Shown one piece after another: positions 10,896 to 13,825 of a stretch of DNA of 13,825 nucleotides. Position 1 is the stretch's first letter. Each line of letters opens with the position of its first letter. A program made the translations under genes and the position numbers. The notes beneath the pieces are model-generated. The model had not been told where the DNA came from and searched no databases. It saw only the letters and a program-made list of their open reading frames with translations. Origin of the DNA: Sandaracinaceae bacterium. Its GTDB lineage: Bacteria > Myxococcota_A > Polyangia > Polyangiales > Sandaracinaceae. The DNA lies in the NCBI GenBank assembly GCA_044220955.1, contig JBGAQA010000139.1, positions 1-13,825 on the forward strand. Reading direction: 5' to 3'.

Positions 10896-11002
10896 CCGGG
10901 CCGCGCCCGCCCGCGCGGTCCGCGCGCCAACGTGCATTTCGTGACGTTGGTGCCAAGAACGCCGCTCGGCTGATGCCAACGCCCGCTTCGTCCCGAGGTC
11001 CC

Positions 11003-12634
11003 ATGTCCAAGAGCACGTCGTTCCTCCTCGCGTCCGCCTCCCTCGCGCTCGGCCTCGCGGCTTGCTCCCAGGATCACGGCAGCGGCGGGGACGACGCCGG
11101 CATCGTGGTGCCCGACTCGGCGCGACCGCCGGACGCGTTCGCGTACGACGCCGGTCCGGCCTCGGGCAACGTCGGGGCTGCGTGCGCGGCCGACATGGAC
11201 TGCACGGGCGTCGCGGACACGTGTCTCTCCGATCCGCAGATCTTCCCGGGGGGCTACTGCACGGCGGCGTGCGACCCGGCGGTGACCGACTCGTGCCCGA
11301 CGGGCTCGATGTGCCAGGACTTCGGCGGTGGGCAGACGTTCTGCGTCCTGACGTGCGACCCCGCGGTCGCGACGCGCCAGTGCAACGGCCGGCAGGGCTA
11401 CGGCTGCTCGACGGACTTCCAGCTCAGCGGCGTGTGCCTCGCGGGCTGCGTCGATCAGACGGACTGCGGCACCGGCCTGATGTGCGACCCGACCGGTGGC
11501 GACTTCGGCGCGGGGTCGTGCTTCACGCCGGGCGCGAGCGTCGGAGCGATGTGCGCCGCGGACACGGAGTGCCCGATGGGCGCGTTCTGCCAGGCCGAGG
11601 AGTTCGGCGGCTGGCCGGCGGGCGCGTGCCTGCTCCCCGGCTGCGACCTCGCCGCGAACACCGGCTGCACGGGCGACGCGCAGTGCATCGGCCTCACGGG
11701 CTTCTTCGGTCCGCCGCAGGGCTACTGCATCGACGGCTGCGTGACGTCGTCGGACTGCCGCGCGGGCTACACCTGCGCCGCGTCCGGCGCCACGCCGGAC
11801 CGCCACTACTGCGCCCCGGGCTGCACGACGGACGCGCAGTGCGGCGGCGGGCGGGTCTGTAACCAGGGCCTCGGGACGTGCGGCGATCCCTTCACGGGGA
11901 CGATCGGGAACACGTGCAGCCGCCGCGATCCCACGACGTGCCCGGGCGGCGCGTGCCTGTCCGAGCGCTCGTCGGGCTTCCCCACGTCCTACTGCTCGTA
12001 CACGGGCTGCGGCGCGAGCGAGCCCTGCCCCACGGGGTCGGTCTGCGCGCCCCGCGCCGGGACCACGAGCGCGTGCCTGCGCAGCTGCACGATGGACTCG
12101 GACTGCGCGACCGCGGGCTACGCGTGCCGTCACTCCGACCCCGCCGACGCCACGAGCGCCATGGCCTGCGTGCCCGCGTGCACGACGAACGGCGACTGCA
12201 CGTCGTCGGGCGGCATGGGCGGCACGCCGAACGTGTGCAACGTCGGCACCGGCCTCTGCACCCAGCCGTTCATGGCGACGGCCGAGGGGACCGCGTGCAC
12301 GAGCGACGCGACGTGCGTCGGAGGCCGCTGCATGACGGAGGCCGCGTTCGGCTACCCGGGCGGCGAGTGTGTGTACCCGGGCTGCTCGCTCACGACGGGC
12401 GTGACGGGCGCGGCGTGCCCGGCGACGACGGCGTGCGTCGACGATCACGTCGGGAGCCCCGACCTCGGGGTCTGCGCGCCCTCGTGCGCGCTCGGCGGCA
12501 CGACGTGCCGCGACGGCTACGCGTGCGCGGCGATCCCGGGCAGCACCACGGAGGGCGCGTGCCAGCCGGTGTGCACCGCGACGTCGTGCGCCGCCGGACG
12601 CGCGTGCGACGCGGCGACCGGGCTCTGCCACTGA
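11003..12634 (+). CDS. Cysteine-rich repeat lipoprotein (543 aa, 65 Cys)
   Basis: ATG 11003 follows GAGGT (alternative start 10973). MSKSTSFLLASASLALGLAAC carries a lipobox, followed by a DAG-type linker and four Cys-rich repeats running to the stop. Confidence 0.9.
   Translation: MSKSTSFLLASASLALGLAACSQDHGSGGDDAGIVVPDSARPPDAFAYDAGPASGNVGAACAADMDCTGVADTCLSDPQIFPGGYCTAACDPAVTDSCPTGSMCQDFGGGQTFCVLTCDPAVATRQCNGRQGYGCSTDFQLSGVCLAGCVDQTDCGTGLMCDPTGGDFGAGSCFTPGASVGAMCAADTECPMGAFCQAEEFGGWPAGACLLPGCDLAANTGCTGDAQCIGLTGFFGPPQGYCIDGCVTSSDCRAGYTCAASGATPDRHYCAPGCTTDAQCGGGRVCNQGLGTCGDPFTGTIGNTCSRRDPTTCPGGACLSERSSGFPTSYCSYTGCGASEPCPTGSVCAPRAGTTSACLRSCTMDSDCATAGYACRHSDPADATSAMACVPACTTNGDCTSSGGMGGTPNVCNVGTGLCTQPFMATAEGTACTSDATCVGGRCMTEAAFGYPGGECVYPGCSLTTGVTGAACPATTACVDDHVGSPDLGVCAPSCALGGTTCRDGYACAAIPGSTTEGACQPVCTATSCAAGRACDAATGLCH
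11165..12631 (+). repeat. Four tandem diverged ~120-aa protein repeats, 16 Cys each
   Basis: Units start at 11165, 11534, 11897 and 12278 (123, 121, 127 and 118 aa). Each opens G-x-x-C, contains [FWY]P-x-[GS]-x-C and GY-x-C, and ends G-x-C. Cys residues were counted by hand. Confidence 0.85.
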
Positions 12635-12677
12635 TCCCCGAGGAGCCCCGAGCGGCCCGAGCGGGCCCCTCGAGCTC

Positions 12678-13592
12678 TCACGCTTGCCGCGGGCGCGCGC
12701 GGCAGCGGCGCTGACGCACCACGACGAGACCCGTCAGCGCGAGGAGCGCGAGCACGGCGCTCGGGCCGCGACCCGGGCTCGCGCTGCAGCCCTGGAACGT
12801 CACGTGGCCGACGGGATCGAAGCAGCGGTCGCCCTCCGGCACGGTCGCGTGCCCGGCGCCGTCGACCGTCACCACCTGCATGCAGATCGGCGTGCCGACG
12901 GCCTCGTTCGAGAGCAGGAACGACATCGTGATGCGGTCCGTCTGGAAGTTCCGGACCCGGTCGACGAGCGTCGGCGCGTCGATGCCGCGACCGCGCGTCT
13001 GGAACAGCAGGTACTCGATCGAGCCCGGCGGCCCGTCGTCGGTCGCCGGGGGAAAATAGACCTGGATCCGGTAGCCACCCTCGGCCAGGCACGACATGCC
13101 GCCGATCCGCGCCGAGGTCGGCTCGGTCATGGCCGCTCCGGTGGGCGCGGCCGAGTCGCGCCCGGCGCCGGAGCAGAACGAGAAGTCGAGCTCTCCGTCG
13201 ACGCCGATCGCGTGACCGACGTACTGCGTGAAGGCGTCGAGACCGCCGTCGGGGAGAAAGATCAGGTCGTCTCCCTGCGTCTGCACGAGCCCCGGCACCG
13301 CCGCGCCCGACGCAAGGTCGCACGTGGACGGACAGGGCCCACAGCTCACCAGTCGGAACAGGGTCGAGGGGGGATCGCCCGGGCCGGTGATGGGATCGAA
13401 GTAGCCGGCGCCGTAGCGGACGAGCACCGGCGCATCGAGCGAGGCGTTCGGCGCGCCCGACGCGGGCGAGACCTCGAGCGGCGCGCGCGGATCGGTCCGG
13501 CACTCCTCGGGGTCCTGCGCGCGCACCGGAGCCGGCACCGCGAGCGCGAGCGCGAGGGAGAGCCAGCCGGCGAGGCGCACCCAGGCGTCCAT
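12678..13592 (-). CDS. Secreted surface protein with Ig-like/FN3-like domains and MYXO-CTERM-like sorting tail (304 aa)
   Basis: Signal peptide MDAWVRLAGWLSLALALAVPAPVRA. Big_5-like start (EVSPASGAPNASLDAPVLVRY) and FN3-like part (PPATDD...IEYLLF...VVTVDGAGH). Tail GCSASPGRGPSAVLALLALTGLVVVRQRR is Cys, linker, TM helix, Arg cluster. Confidence 0.82.
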   Translation of the reverse strand: MDAWVRLAGWLSLALALAVPAPVRAQDPEECRTDPRAPLEVSPASGAPNASLDAPVLVRYGAGYFDPITGPGDPPSTLFRLVSCGPCPSTCDLASGAAVPGLVQTQGDDLIFLPDGGLDAFTQYVGHAIGVDGELDFSFCSGAGRDSAAPTGAAMTEPTSARIGGMSCLAEGGYRIQVYFPPATDDGPPGSIEYLLFQTRGRGIDAPTLVDRVRNFQTDRITMSFLLSNEAVGTPICMQVVTVDGAGHATVPEGDRCFDPVGHVTFQGCSASPGRGPSAVLALLALTGLVVVRQRRCRARPRQA

Positions 13593-13750
13593 CGTGGTGT
13601 TCTCGCGGTCACGTCCGATCATGCGGGCGAGCCGGCGTGCCGATGCGTCGACCGTCTTTGGCCCGTTGTCGGCGCTCGCATGCTGGTCGGCGCCTGGAGG
13701 CAGATCGCCGGTCAATCGATAGACGTCGGCGGTGGTCGCGAAGTGCTCGT

Positions 13751-13766
13751 TGCATATTCCGGTCCA
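13751..13766 (-). promoter_or_regulatory. Putative sigma54 promoter upstream of the MYXO-CTERM-like gene
   Basis: Minus strand TGGACCG-GAAT-ATGCA with GG-N10-GC spacing, in an AT-richer intergenic stretch about 160 nt upstream of the ATG. Confidence 0.4.
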
Positions 13767-13825
13767 TTTGCCGTCAAACGGCCAGCGCGGCGCAAGGGCC
13801 ATCAACGGAGTGCGAGTGACGCCGA

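Noticed and set aside
10208..12631. 807-aa minus-strand ORF
   Set aside because: Shadow of the histidine kinase and Cys-rich lipoprotein genes.
12635..12677. Short CCCGAG repeats and a GGCCC-GAGC-GGGCC hairpin between convergent genes
   Set aside because: Short stem, no U-tract and a GC-rich background. Not enough to call a terminator or array.
13659..13673. Plus-strand TGGCCCG-N4-CGGC sigma54-like element
   Set aside because: The -12 element is poor and no downstream gene is visible in the window.
13593..13805. 71-codon N-terminal extension of the last ORF
   Set aside because: Atypical codon usage, and it would bury the signal peptide. More likely a promoter/leader region.

Overview
Very GC-rich DNA with a gene repertoire typical of Myxococcota (Polyangiales/Sandaracinus-like; inferred from gene content). 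From about 1.2 kb rightwards it reads as a coherent locus. The minus strand carries an operon-like run: PP2C phosphatase with a cNMP-binding domain, a FecR-like lipoprotein, a 1605-aa TPR/alpha-solenoid protein, and the N-terminus of a further acidic/Pro-rich gene. Diverging from it are a single-domain response regulator and a 6-TM PilS-like histidine kinase. These are followed by a lipoprotein built of four 16-Cys repeats and a convergent MYXO-CTERM-type surface protein. The first ~1.2 kb is not a real 684-aa gene. It is a mosaic of unrelated gene fragments (truncated Ser/Thr kinase +, IadA-like amidohydrolase +, acyl-CoA dehydrogenase -, GH13 alpha-amylase -) joined in one codon register. 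At least three joins fall on ~18-21-nt stretches that fit both neighbours, so the most likely cause is an assembly or amplification chimera. No RNA genes, CRISPR arrays or mobile elements were recognised.
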